The notes under the pieces were generated by a model. The model did no database searches, was not told the origin of the DNA, and saw only the letters and a program-made list of their open reading frames with translations. A stretch of 59,532 nt of DNA, filler included. It is 9 parts of 9 records of this genome, joined end to end, with 100 filler letters (N's around TTAATTAATTAA, not from the genome) between each part and the next. Parts side by side here need not be neighbours in the genome. Positions count along the whole stretch, not along the records: positions 1 to 8,259 come from SRR31147125_21441; positions 8,360 to 13,587 come from SRR31147125_21488; 7 more parts are not named here. One strand, given 5' to 3'. The translations under genes were made by a program, and so were the position numbers. Shown in pieces: positions 1 through 11,600 of this stretch; positions within the stretch are counted from its first letter, which is position 1; the number at the start of each line of letters is the position of its first letter.

Positions 1-1
1 C

Positions 2-1884
2 AGCGACTGTTTAGGTATTAAAGGTCTGGCGCGCGAGATTGGCGTGCTCAACAACGCCGAAGTGACTGAGCCAAGCTGGCAAAATGCTGAAGTCACGCTT
101 GAAGAGCGTCCGGGGATTGAGCTGGCCTCTCCTGGGGCTTGTCCTCGCTATTTAGGCCGAATTATTCGTAATGTGGATGTTACTGCTCAATCTCCTCTCT
201 GGTTGGTTGAGAAGCTTCGCCGTTGTGGTGTGCGTAGTATCGATCCCGTTGTCGATGTCACTAACTATGTTCTACTTGAACTGGGTCATCCCATGCACGC
301 TTTCGATCTGGCCAAGATTGAAGGTGGCATTGTGGTGCGTCACGCCAAGCCGCAAGAGAAGCTAACCCTGCTTGATGGCAATGACGTCGAGCTACGTGAA
401 GATACCTTAGTGATTGCCGATCACCACAAGCCTTTAGCTCTGGCCGGTATCTTTGGTGGTTTAGAATCAGGAGTGACTGCAGAGACAAAAGACATTCTGT
501 TAGAGAGTGCGTTTTTCTCACCGGTAGAGATCGCTGGTAAGGCGCGTAGTTATGGCCTGCATACGGATGCATCGCATCGTTATGAGCGCGGAGTTGACTG
601 GCAATTGCAAGCTCAAGCAATGGAGCGGGCTACCGCACTCTGGTCGAAATTACTGGCGGCCAGGTTGGTCCAGTGGTTGAGGCTATAAGCGAAGCTCATT
701 TGCCTAAAGTGCCTGCTGTTAGCCTGCGCAAAGCAAAATTGGCTAAGGTGATTGGTATTGAGATTGCTGATGAGCAAGTCACTGAGATGTTGACTCGCCT
801 GGGCATGAATGTGACCGAAACAGCCGAAGGTTGGAGCGTGACAGTACCTTCTTATCGCTTCGATATCTCCATTGAGGAAGATCTAATCGAAGAGGTGGCT
901 CGCGTATACGGTTACAACAATATTCCAAATGTGCCACCTGTGGCCAAACTGGAGATGAACCGTCACCCTGAAGCGGCAGTGGTTGAGAGTGAGCTTAAGC
1001 ACACCTTAGTCGAGCGTGGTTATCAAGAAGCCATTACCTACAGTTTTGTTGACCCTAAAGTTCAGAAGCTGTTGTTCCCGAATGTCGCTGATCTAATTTT
1101 GCCACACCCTATCTCTGTCGATATGTCCGCAATGCGGGTTAGCCTGCTTCCTGGCTTGTTAACGACGGTGAAGTACAACCAGAATCGCCAGCAGCCACGG
1201 GTTCGTCTGTTTGAGTTGGGGCTGCGCTTTTTACCTCAAGGTGATAATGATGTCACTCAGCAGACCATGCTGTCGGGCGTGATCAGCGGCAGTCGCTTTG
1301 AAGAGCACTGGAGTGAAGGTGCTGGCCCTGTCGACTTTTACGACATCAAAGGTGATGTTGAGGCGCTGCTGGCTTCATTGGGCTGTGCTGAAGAATTCCG
1401 CTTTGTGGCTGAAGCTCACTCTGCACTGCACCCTGGCCAAACTGCTGCAATTTACCGAGGTGAAACTTTAGTTGGCTTTGTTGGTGCGGTCCATCCGAAG
1501 GCTTCGAAAAAGCTGGGCCTTAAAGGTAAGGTCTACGGATTTGAGCTTGAAATTGCTGCGCTGGGCGAGAAGTCTCTGCCTAAAGCTGCACCTGTTAGCA
1601 AGTTCCCAGCCAACCGCCGAGACTTCGCATTTGTTGTCGATGAAAGCCAAAATGCTCAAGATGTGCTCGAAGTCATTAAAAAAGTTGGCGGTAATCAAGT
1701 CGTTAGCATAAACTTGTTCGACGTGTACCAAGGTGATGGTGTCGCCGAGGGCAAAAAGAGTCTGGCAATTGCGATAACGGTCCAAGATTTGGAGCGGACA
1801 CTTGAAGAGAAAGAGATCACCGTCTTAACTGACAGTGTTATCGCAGCAGTGACATCCGAGTTTAACGCGACGTTGAGGGAGTGA
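2..1884 (+). CDS. pheT: Phenylalanine-tRNA ligase beta subunit (5'-truncated; 1-nt frameshift near 640)
   Basis: Motifs [67 protein letters not shown] and C-terminal SKFPANRRD...GKKSLA. Adding one T at about 640 joins ORFs 44-688 and 673-1884 ([19 protein letters not shown]). Followed by ihfA as usual. Confidence 0.97.
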
Positions 1885-1887
1885 TCT

Positions 1888-2183
1888 ATGGCGCTCACCA
1901 AAGCCGATATGGCTGAAATGTTATTCACAAAACTGGGCATCAATAAAAAAGCAGCAAAAGATACGGTTGAAATGTTCTTTGAAGAGATCCGCCAATCGCT
2001 GGAAGAGGGTGAACAGGTGAAGCTTTCCGGCTTCGGTAATTTTGATCTTAGGGTTAAGAATGAACGTCCAGGGCGTAATCCCAAGACAGGTGAAGATATT
2101 CCTATCTCCTCCCGTCGTGTGGTGACTTTCCGTCCGGGGCAGAAGTTAAAATCCGGGTTGAAAACGCCGAGCCGTTGGATTAA
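1888..2183 (+). CDS. ihfA: Integration host factor alpha subunit (probable 1-nt deletion near 2153; ORF as read runs to 2208)
   Basis: [10 protein letters not shown]...[41 protein letters not shown]. Restoring one C gives the canonical ending [10 protein letters not shown] with TAA at 2181-2183. Confidence 0.96.
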
Positions 2184-2190
2184 ACCAATC

Positions 2191-2226
2191 AGGCCGCAGA
2201 GTTGCTAAGCTCTGCGGCCTTTTTTT
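2191..2226 (+). terminator. Intrinsic terminator after ihfA
   Basis: Stem AGGCCGCAGAG / CTCTGCGGCCT followed by a T run. Confidence 0.9.
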
Positions 2227-2242
2227 CATCTGCGGGATTAGG

Positions 2243-3061
2243 CTAGGGCGCCTTCACCAGATGTGAAAGCGCATCGATAGCTTGCGTTGGCCAGCTATCT
2301 GGCACAACAAAATATTGCTGGTGCTGCTCTAACATTAGAGTGGCGTTTTGCAGTGGCGTCTCTTTTTCTAATCCTTTATCGGAGGCGTATTGCTCCCCCA
2401 ACCAAAACTGCTTAGGCTGAATCAGGCCGCTCCTACCACTCTGTTTCCAATCGGAAAAGGTGAGCCAATGGCGCGGTTGGTTTTGCTCAGGCTCAGGCCA
2501 AAAGATCTTTCCTTTTAAAATAATGCGCTGACGCTTAGGTGTGGCTATGCCAAGGTTTTGAAATAGCTTCTTGGCTTGGGGCGTTTGACTAAGTTGGATC
2601 TGGTGGCTGAGTAAGCGATGTTTTTTCAGCTGCCAGGCATCATTGAGATTGGGTCCAAGCCAGTGCCACTGCTGTTGCCACTCAAAGGCGAGATAGAATT
2701 TGCAGGCCAGCTCCCAATGCTCAAGGGTTTGGCTGCGCTGATCCTCCACCAGAAAATCCAAACTACCTAAGGTGCGTCCTTGTTCATTCAGTTGCAGATT
2801 GTGGGTGATGAGCCGGTAATGAGGGTGAGCTCTAATCGCCAGCAGCCAAAGCCATTCAAAATAGAGTCCCAACCGTTTGGGCACCATCAAATCCGGTTCA
2901 AGAACTAGCTCAACTCTGGTTTCTATCGCCTGCCATAAGTCTTGATACCAGAGCGCACTGGATTGGTAGCTCTCGTCAATGGTATCTAACTCTTTGGCGG
3001 TGATGGCAAATTCAAGATCAATCAAGATCTGTGCCTTAGTGATAGGAATGAGTTCGGCCAT
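2243..3061 (-). CDS. DUF1853 family protein (predicted PD-(D/E)XK-like nuclease fold)
   Basis: Motifs RLGLYFEWLW, TLGSLDFL, HWELACKFYL, WLGPN. Confidence 0.85.
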   Translation of the reverse strand: MAELIPITKAQILIDLEFAITAKELDTIDESYQSSALWYQDLWQAIETRVELVLEPDLMVPKRLGLYFEWLWLLAIRAHPHYRLITHNLQLNEQGRTLGSLDFLVEDQRSQTLEHWELACKFYLAFEWQQQWHWLGPNLNDAWQLKKHRLLSHQIQLSQTPQAKKLFQNLGIATPKRQRIILKGKIFWPEPEQNQPRHWLTFSDWKQSGRSGLIQPKQFWLGEQYASDKGLEKETPLQNATLMLEQHQQYFVVPDSWPTQAIDALSHLVKAP

Positions 3062-3183
3062 ACTGATTAACGATTGAACAATTGATTTGATACGAAACCA
3101 GTTTAATAAATTAAAAAAAGTGATTGCGATCTCATTTTTACTGGTCTAACCTGTTCCTTCAGACCTAACCAAGGAGACACAAG

Positions 3184-3402
3184 ATGTTCGCAGTTTATTC
3201 CCGCCTGGTGATCTATATTCGCCGTCTGTTTGCACTCTTTTTTGTGCTCTTTACCTGGCCTTGTGTGCTGATCCCAGCCGTTCGCGCCCGTTATGGTAGC
3301 TTGTTGCACCGCTTTTGGGTGAAAGAGGGCGACAAGCCTGTTTGGTTAATGGGGCTTGAAAAAGGAAATGGCCAGACGCCGGAAAGTTTCGATTTAGGTT
3401 GA
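3184..3402 (+). CDS. ybfA: YbfA / DUF2517 family small protein
   Basis: RR....RARYGSLLHRFW.K..DKPVWL resembles E. coli YbfA, which also lies beside ybgA-phrB. RBS AGGAG upstream. Confidence 0.8.
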   Translation: MFAVYSRLVIYIRRLFALFFVLFTWPCVLIPAVRARYGSLLHRFWVKEGDKPVWLMGLEKGNGQTPESFDLG

Positions 3403-3454
3403 TCTCATTTAGGCTTGGGGCAGTAACAAGTGGAAGACACTTTGGAGACTGCCC

Positions 3455-4438
3455 ATGACCTACTCAAAGCTCACCCACGCTAAGTTTGACCCAGAAAAGA
3501 TTCAGCTAGGGATCAGTGCCTGCCTGTTGGGCCACCCGGTCCGCTTTGATGGCGGCCACAAACGCTCCTCATTCGCTGATAAAGCCCTCAGAGAATACGT
3601 TGAATACTTGCCCATCTGTCCCGAGATGGCCATTGGCATGGGAGCACCCAGGCCTACAATTCGTCAGGTGGCGAAGGGGGATTTGATCTACATCCAAGGC
3701 TCTAATAATCCCGAGCTGGATGTCACCCATGCATTAAATGACTTCTCCAGCCAACAGGCACAATTGCTTGATGGGCTTAGTGGCTATATTGTCTGCGCCA
3801 AATCACCGACCTGTGGCATGGAGCGCGTCAAAGTCTATGACGAAAAGGGCGTCACTCAGCGTCACGACTCAGTGGGTGTGTTTACCCAAGCATTGATTGA
3901 AGCAAATCCATTGCTGCCGGTCGAAGAGAACGGCCGGCTTTGCGATCCTGTGTTAAAAGAGAATTTCGTCACCTGAGTCTTTGCCTATCACGAGTGGCAA
4001 TCTCTTGCTGCGAACGGCCTAACGGCTAAAGCCTTGCTCGAGTTTCACGCTCGTCATAAATACCTGTTGATGGCCCACTCGCCTAAAGCGTATGCTCGTT
4101 TAGGTCAGTTACTGGCAGATCTGGCTACGCCCAACTTAAATGAGGTGGGGCAAAACTATATCCAGCAGTTTATGCAAGCCTTGCAGAAAAGGGCGACTCG
4201 AAAAAGCCATACCAATGTGCTGCTTCACCTTCAGGGTTACTTTAAAAAATACATTAGCTCTGATGAAAGGCAGGCATTGGCGGCAACTATTCATCAATAC
4301 CGCCAGGGCATCTTACCTTTGCTCGCCCCTCTTACTTTAATCAAACACCTGTTGGTGAAGTTACCCAATGACTACTTAAGTCAGCAGAAGTACCTGAATC
4401 CACACCCTGAAGCACTGGCTTTAAGGAGCGTTTTGTAA
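3455..4438 (+). pseudogene. ybgA: YbgA family protein (DUF523/TudS-like plus DUF1722) with one in-frame TGA at 3974-3976
   Basis: GISACLLG..VRFDGGHK, CPEMAIG, KSPTCGMERV, then FHARHKYLLMAHS and HTNVLLHLQGYF. ORFs 3455-3976 and 4034-4438 are in the same frame. The TGA replaces the Arg expected in ENFVT(R)VFAY. Could be a base-call error. Confidence 0.85.
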
Positions 4439-5845
4439 GTGGGTTATAAAGGTGCTTTAGTTTGGCTTCGCCGGGATCTTCGGATTTTGGATAACCCGGC
4501 GCTTTATCACGCAGCAGAACAGTCAAACGCTGTATTGGCCGTTTACTTTCTCCCTCGTGAGCAGTGGCAACGCCATGGAATGGCCAAGGTTCAACAGGCG
4601 CTAATTCTTCGTCAGCTAGGTCAACTAGAAAAAGAGCTAGCAGACTACAACATCCAGCTTTTGGTTTTAGACGCTGGTGACTTCAAAGGTCAGATCACGG
4701 CGTTATCTAAACTCTGCGCAGAGTTACGGGTTGACGCCCTGTTTGCTAACAAAGAGCTTGAAGTGAACGAGCAGCTGCGTGATGGGGAGGTGCAAAAGCA
4801 GTTAAACATACCCACCCATTGGTTTGACGAGGCCTGTTATTTTCCGCCGGGCACTTTGTTAAACGGTAAGGGAGAGCCTTATAAGGTCTTTACTCCGTTC
4901 TCCAAAGGGTGGAAAGAGCACCTGTTTGAACAAGGTCCCAGTTGCTTGGGCAAGCCAAAAGTGGTGCAAGCTTGGCCACAATCCAAGTTACCTTCCTCCG
5001 TTGACCTAAAGGTAGAAGCAGCCCCTGGTATAAGCCAATCCTATGAGGTGGGTACCGAACGGTTATTGTATTTATTAAGGTCCTTTGCCGCAGATAAGTT
5101 GTCGGGCTACAAAAACAACCGCGACTTTCCCGCTATCGACGGAACTTCACAACTCTCGCCCTATTTGGCCACAGGCGCTATATCCATTCGTCAGTGTGTG
5201 GCTAGACTCTGGGCTGAATGTGAGCAGCAGGGCTTTCATGAGGGGGCCATGACCTGGCTCAATGAGTTGATCTGGCGAGACTTTTACAAGCATGTCATGG
5301 TGGCTTGGCCCCAGGTGCAAAAAGGGCGTTGCTTCAATCCAGATTATGAAAAGCTGAACTGGCAAAACCGAGAGGACTGGTTTTTAGCCTGGTGTGAAGG
5401 GAATACCGGCTACCCCATTATTGACGCCGCCATGCGCCAACTGAATCAGACCGGTTGGATGCACAACCGGTTACGAATGATAGTGGCCTCTTTTTTAACC
5501 AAAGATCTGCTGATTGATTGGCGCTGGGGCGAGCGCTATTTCATCTCAAAGCTTATCGATGGCGATCTGGCGGCGAATAACGGTGGCTGGCAATGGGCCG
5601 CATCCACAGGAACAGACGCTGCGCCCTATTTTCGTATCTTTAATCCCACCACTCAGTCTCAGCGGTTTGATCCAAAAGGCGATTTTATTCGTAACTATAT
5701 ACCAGAGCTGGCTTTAGTTAATGCAAAGCAGATTCACCTGCCCGGTGATGGCAAGCGTTACAATAAAGCCATCGTAGATCACAAGGTACAGAGGCAGCAG
5801 GCGCTGGACCTCTACCAGCAAGCACGGAGAGAAAGTGGAAACTGA
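4439..5845 (+). CDS. phrB: Deoxyribodipyrimidine photolyase (class I CPD photolyase)
   Basis: WLRRDLR..DNPAL, TSQLSPYL, WLNELIWRDFY, TGYPIIDAAMRQL..TGWMHNRLRMIVASFL, NNGGWQW, PYFRIFNP. Confidence 0.96.
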   Translation: MGYKGALVWLRRDLRILDNPALYHAAEQSNAVLAVYFLPREQWQRHGMAKVQQALILRQLGQLEKELADYNIQLLVLDAGDFKGQITALSKLCAELRVDALFANKELEVNEQLRDGEVQKQLNIPTHWFDEACYFPPGTLLNGKGEPYKVFTPFSKGWKEHLFEQGPSCLGKPKVVQAWPQSKLPSSVDLKVEAAPGISQSYEVGTERLLYLLRSFAADKLSGYKNNRDFPAIDGTSQLSPYLATGAISIRQCVARLWAECEQQGFHEGAMTWLNELIWRDFYKHVMVAWPQVQKGRCFNPDYEKLNWQNREDWFLAWCEGNTGYPIIDAAMRQLNQTGWMHNRLRMIVASFLTKDLLIDWRWGERYFISKLIDGDLAANNGGWQWAASTGTDAAPYFRIFNPTTQSQRFDPKGDFIRNYIPELALVNAKQIHLPGDGKRYNKAIVDHKVQRQQALDLYQQARRESGN

Positions 5846-6266
5846 TTGGCTCAAAGGCTTTAAAGCCATGTACCAGACCCTTAACGCCGATAACCTGGGG
5901 CTATTGGCCAACTGGTACCATGCAGATGTCTGCTTTACCGATCCTTTACATCAAGTTAAGGGGATTCATGCCTTGGAGCGTTATTTCGCCGGAATGTATG
6001 CCAATGTGACCGCCATTGAGTTTCACTATCAATGGCAAATTGAGCAAGGCGAAGAGGTTGTGCTCGGCTGGACCATGTGTTTTTCTCATCCAAAGTTAAA
6101 TGGTGGCAAATCCGTCGAAGTCGATGGTGTTAGCCGTTTGCAGATCTGTGAAGCCAAGGTGCTTAGTCACAGGGACTACTTTGACGCCGGTGCCATGCTG
6201 TACGAGCAGATCCCCCTGTTCGGCACTTTGGTTAAAGCTGTGAAAAAAAGAGCGGCAGGTGAGTAA
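5835..6266 (+). CDS. Nuclear transport factor 2 / SnoaL-like protein
   Basis: F.DP, W.M.FSHPKL..G, HRDYFDAG.MLYEQIP. Overlaps the phrB stop. Confidence 0.88.
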   Translation: METDWLKGFKAMYQTLNADNLGLLANWYHADVCFTDPLHQVKGIHALERYFAGMYANVTAIEFHYQWQIEQGEEVVLGWTMCFSHPKLNGGKSVEVDGVSRLQICEAKVLSHRDYFDAGAMLYEQIPLFGTLVKAVKKRAAGE

Positions 6267-7012
6267 TGGGCGTTCTCTTTATTACAGGTGCCACTTCAGG
6301 CATAGGGCTACAGTTGGCGCAGGATCATCAAAAGGCTGGCTGGCAGGTCATCGCCTGCGGTCGCAACCAGGCAAAGCTTGCTGAACTGAATGCGTTAGGG
6401 ATGCAGACTCTCTGTTTTGATGTAACCAACCCTGAGTCACTGGAGCAAGCGCTGGAGCAGGGAGATATTACCCAGGTCGATCGCCTTATTCTAAATGCCG
6501 GGATCTGTGAGTATGTTGAGCAGGGAGAGGTGACGGGCGAGTTGGTGGAGCGCACTTTTAATGTCAACCTGATTGCGCCAGTGAAGCTGCTGGAGCATTT
6601 ATTGCCGTTGCTGATATGCTCCAATCGGCCTGAGGTTGCTTTTATCTCCAGTGCTTCTGTCTATCTCCCTTTTGTGCGGGCTGAAGCCTATGGCGCTTCT
6701 AAAGCAGCGCTTCGCTACTTAAGCCAGGTGCTCCATAACAGCCTAAAGCCAAAAGGGGTTCACGTTGCCACAGTGATTTTAGGTTTTATCGACACCCCGT
6801 TAACTCAAAAAAATGATTTTGCCATGCCGGGCCTGGCAAGCGTTGAAGGTTCCAGTGAAGCCATTATCAAAGGCCTGGCAAAGCAGAAAGCACAAATCTC
6901 ATACCCTAAACTATTTTGTGGGGTGCTAAGTCTGCTTGAAAAGTTGCCCCTCTCTTTTAAACTCAAGTTAGCCGCCCGTATGGTTAAAGCTAACACCAAG
7001 GAAAGTGTATGA
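6266..7012 (+). CDS. Short-chain dehydrogenase/reductase
   Basis: ITGATSGIG, LNAG and catalytic YGASK. Confidence 0.92.
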   Translation: MGVLFITGATSGIGLQLAQDHQKAGWQVIACGRNQAKLAELNALGMQTLCFDVTNPESLEQALEQGDITQVDRLILNAGICEYVEQGEVTGELVERTFNVNLIAPVKLLEHLLPLLICSNRPEVAFISSASVYLPFVRAEAYGASKAALRYLSQVLHNSLKPKGVHVATVILGFIDTPLTQKNDFAMPGLASVEGSSEAIIKGLAKQKAQISYPKLFCGVLSLLEKLPLSFKLKLAARMVKANTKESV

Positions 7013-8259
7013 AAATTGCTGTGATAGGAAGTGGGATCTCAGGTTTGGTGGCCAGTTATCTGTTAAAAGATGATCATGAGATCACCCTGTTTGAGAAAAA
7101 CGACTATTTAGGTGGCCACACGGCAACCAAGCAACTATCAGGCGAGCATCAGGGCAGGGCCATAGACACAGGGTTTATCGTCTTTAACGACAGGACCTAC
7201 CCAAATTTCATCAAGTTTCTTGATAAGCTCGATGTGCGCTATCAAAAGGCCCAGATGAGTTACAGCGTCAGCAACTCTGGCAATGGGCTGGAGTACAATG
7301 GCCACACATTGGCGAGCCTGTTTGCTGATAAAAAGAACCTTTTTAACTTCAAGTTCTATCGCCTGCTGTCCGACATACTTAGGTTTAACAAACAGGCCAA
7401 AGCGGCGTTTGAACAGGGCGATATTGATCCTAAGCAGACACTCGGCGAATTTTTACAACTCCATGGCTACAACGACTACTTTAAGGTCAATTACCTGATG
7501 TCCATGGGGGCCGCTATCTGGTCCTCCTCGATTCGCGAGATGGAGCAGTTTCCGCTGCTCTTTTTCATCCGATTTTTCGTCAATCATGGCCTGCTTAATG
7601 TCCAGGAAAGGCCTCAGTGGTATGTGATTCAGGGCGGCTCTCACTACTATGTGCACGCTTGGCGCAGTCAATGTTTTGGTCAGGTTGAGCTGGAATCTGC
7701 CGCTCAAAAGGTATTGCGTGGTGCCGATGGTGTCACTGTGGTTACTGAGCGTGGTGAGCTTAAATTTGATCGTGTCATCTTTGCCTGTCACTCCGACGAG
7801 GCGTTAGCACTTCTTGGCGATGGTGCCACCAATGCAGAGCACGAGATCTTAGGTGGTATTCCATTTCAGCCTAATGAAGTAGTGCTCCACACGGACACAT
7901 CCCGGCTACCCAAACACAAAGGAGCTTGGGCCGCCTGGAACTACATGCTCGATGACAGTGAAGCTAAACTGGCAACCCTTACCTACAACATGAACATTTT
8001 GCAGGGCCTTGACTGTAAAACCACCTATTGCGTTAGCCTTAACCAGAGCGACAAAATTGACCCAAGCAAAGTGCTGGGCCGGTTTCACTATGATCACCCT
8101 GTCTTTAATTTGCAAAGTTTTCAGGCACAACAGCGTAAGCCTGAGATCCAGGGGGAGCAGCTAAGCTACTTTTGTGGTGCTTACTGGTATAACGGCTTTC
8201 ACGAAGATGGCGTCCGCTCTGCGCTGGATGTGGTTAAAGCCATTGGCGGTAAAGGTTTG
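7009..8259 (+). CDS. FAD-dependent oxidoreductase (amine-oxidase-like; RSP1091/UfaD-like family), reaching the contig end
   Basis: IAVIGSGISG, LGGHT, IDTGFIVFNDRTYPNF, AIWS, WAAWNY, GAYWYNGFHEDG. Confidence 0.9.
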
Positions 8260-8359
8260 NNNNNNNNNNNNNNNNNNNNNNNNNNNNNNNNNNNNNNNNN
8301 NNNTTAATTAATTAANNNNNNNNNNNNNNNNNNNNNNNNNNNNNNNNNNNNNNNNNNNN
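8260..8359. other. Artificial contig spacer N44-TTAATTAATTAA-N44; identical copies at 13588-13687, 20449-20548, 26371-26470, 32411-32510, 38630-38729, 47849-47948, 53734-53833
   Basis: Eight identical 100-nt blocks with stops in all six frames. Base composition and gene content change abruptly across each. Confidence 0.99.
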
Positions 8360-8648
8360 CGAAAAAGATCTTTCCATAAACTTATCCACGAATCCACTCT
8401 AATAAGAGCATTCTTTAAATAACTTTTCCAAAAATATTTTATCATTCACATATAATCGAGATTAAAATCATCTTTAGAGGTGGCTCTTGATATACAATTG
8501 CATTAATTGTATTGATTACAAGATAATCCCAAAAAGTGACTATCGTCCTGTGATTTAGGGACTATTATCCATATTAAGTAATGTCTAATATTGCTATATT
8601 ATTTTTAGGAAATTGAATGAGTATTTATAATTTAAAGGAGGAAAGAAA

Positions 8649-11600
8649 ATGAGATTGAAGCGATTTATATCTTTTGTAATGGTATGTATTATGATTTTTG
8701 CAAGTATACCAATCAGTATGGCGTCTACTAAAAGCGAGGCACATGTAGATGTTGAGAAACTTTTTAAAGATGTCGAAGTTGGTGAAATGAAAATCAAGAA
8801 AAATAATGGTCAACTTGATAAAAACGTGGCTTTTTATTTCAGTAATGAGAACAGTAATACATTTATTACTGATAAAGGCGAGATTGTCTATGATTTTTAT
8901 AATATTTATGAAATAGACGATGAAGAAACTCAGGAGAAAATTAAGAAAAAGAAAGGTTCAGTAATATCAGAGAAGCTTAATGGTGCAAATATTAGTACTA
9001 TTACAGCTTTAAACGTTGAAACTACTAATGTTAACTTCTTTTATGGAAAAGAGCAAAGTGAATGGATATATGGGTTAGAGGAAACAAATCATATTGCATT
9101 TGGTGAAGTATATGAAAACATACAACTTGATTTTAGGGTTAATGGAGAAACTTTAGAGAAGATCTTTACTGTTTCTCCTGGCGGAAGCCCAGATGATATT
9201 GAGTTTCAAATAAAAGGTTCTGATGAAATTTATGTTGATGAAAATGGGAACTTGGTGATCTTAGATGGTGAGGAACAAGTATCATTTTCCAAACCATATG
9301 CTTATCAGATTATTGAAGGTAAAGAAGTTGAGATCAATGCTTCATATTCTCTTAAAGATAAGAAGTATGGATACTCTATAGGGAAATACAATAACGAATA
9401 TCCATTGATTATTGATCCAGTGGCCATATCATCATATTTTGGTTCTGGTAGTTATAACAATGTTGTTTCAGAAGATATTGCAACTGATTCACAAGGAAAT
9501 ATTTATGTTACTGGTTATACAGATAATCCCAATTACCCAACTACAACAGGTGTGTATGATGAAACCTATAATGATGATAAAGATATTTTTGTATCAAAAT
9601 TCACACCAGACATGGCAACATTGATTGCATCAACATTTATTGGTGGTACTTCAAATAAAGATGATATAGCTTATGATATTGAGATAGTCAATGGAAATGA
9701 AGTCTTATTAACAGGTCAAACGGAAAGTTCTGATTTCCCAGTGACAACAGGAGCCTATGATGAAACTCTCAATGGAGCATTTGACATATTCCTATTAAAG
9801 CTTGATGATGACTTAACTACAATTAATGTATCAACTTTCTATGGTGGACCAGCATATGACTATGCATATTCGATGGTTGTTCATGAGAATGAAATTTACG
9901 TAGCAGGTGCTGCAGGTTTTGGTATTCCTATGCCAGCTAATGCTTATCAAAATTCTAATCCATCAGGAACAGACGCATTAATAGTAAAGTTTGATATGAA
10001 TTTATCTAATGTATTGGCTGCCACTTATATTGGAGATAGTTACACGAGTTCAATGGCTTATGATATTGAACTAAATAGAGCCAACGATATTTATATAACT
10101 GGATATAGTGCTTCGAGAGGTTATCCAACCACAGCATATGCATATGATGACACTCATGGTGGATCATCTCTTGGAGATGTTATAGTTAGTAAGCTAGACA
10201 ATGGACTAACAACGATGTTGGCTTCTACATTTATTGGAGACAGTGGCAATGACTATGGTCATTCAATTGATATCACCTCAGATGGTACCGTTTATGTAGT
10301 TGGCGAAACAACTTCCGCAGCTTTCCCAATCACTCAAGGAGCTTATCAAACAAGTTTTGGAACAAACACGTCTGGATTTATCAGCAAGTTATCTGGAGAC
10401 CTTTCTAGACTAGAGAAAGGCACTTTTTTAAGTGGCAGTAATTCCATAAAAGTATATGAAATTCAAATCGATTCTGCTGGCTATATAAATATTGCAGGTA
10501 GAGTTGATGCAACTGATTTTGAAGTAACTCAAGACGCATTCGATTCCACCCCACTTTACTCTGGAGAAGCATTTTTTACAAGGATGGATAGTGACTTAAC
10601 AACTTTTCTTGAATCTACTTATCTAGGTGGAAATGGCAAAGAAGAGTGCTTTGGTATGTATATGGACGAAAGTGAAAACATATTTTTGACTGGCTATAGT
10701 AGAGCTTTAGATTTCCCGACAACATCAGGAGTGTACTCTACATCTGGTCCTGGTGGATATGTCGTAAAGATTGAAAGACCTCTAATAGGTTCAGGTGCTG
10801 TTCCATATATGGTTGCTAATGGACCAAAAGAATTAAAAGGGCAAGAATCTGGTGAAGTAGTAAAGAATCTAGGAGCTTATAAAACGGATTTTGATTTAAT
10901 AACAGTATTTGGTGCTATTCCACTTACTTTCAATATTGAACACCATTCTTTGATACTTGAATCAGGGTACTTGGGTAACGGATGGCAGCATAATTATTTA
11001 ATGGAGATTGAAAGTGAAAGTGAGAGTGGTGCTACACTTAAACTAAATGATAATGAAATTGTAGAGTTCCAAAAGGATTCAACTGGAAAAATCACAGGTA
11101 TTCAAGAAGAATACTTTGGAGTAGAGTTCATTGATAATGGTGATGGAACTTTTACAATTAAAACACGAGATAATGATAAATATCACTTTACGTCAGATTA
11201 TCTTTTAAGTTCATTTGAGAACAAGCATGGACAATCAGTCAATATCTCTAGAGATGCAAACAATCGTGTGGAGTATATAACAGACCAAATTACCGGTAAG
11301 TATCTAAAGCTTTCATATGATACTAACAACCGCATTTCGACCATTTCTGATAATTCTGCCACTAGAACAATAACGTTAGCATATGATGTAGATAATAATT
11401 TGACGATGATAACTGATTTGAATGGTGAGGAATGGAGATTTGACTACTCAAGCGATAATAAGATTACAAAGTTAAGAGATCCAGAACTGTCCCAGGTCTA
11501 TGAAATAACTTATGATTCAGATGGTTTAGTTTCAACAATAGATGATGGAAGATCAGATAATCTACTTAGAACGTTCACTTATGATTTAGATACGTATCCA

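Noticed and set aside
3974-4030. Selenocysteine or programmed readthrough at the ybgA TGA
   Set aside because: The position corresponds to Arg, not Cys, and no convincing SECIS hairpin follows.
8304-8315. TTAATTAATTAA palindrome repeated eight times
   Set aside because: Always centred in N44 blocks, so it is an artificial all-frame-stop linker. ORFs crossing it (ending XXX or LIN) are artefacts.
8370-8450. DnaA-box-like TTATCCACG suggesting a replication origin
   Set aside because: Only one near-consensus box, at a contig edge, with no dnaA or other oriC context.
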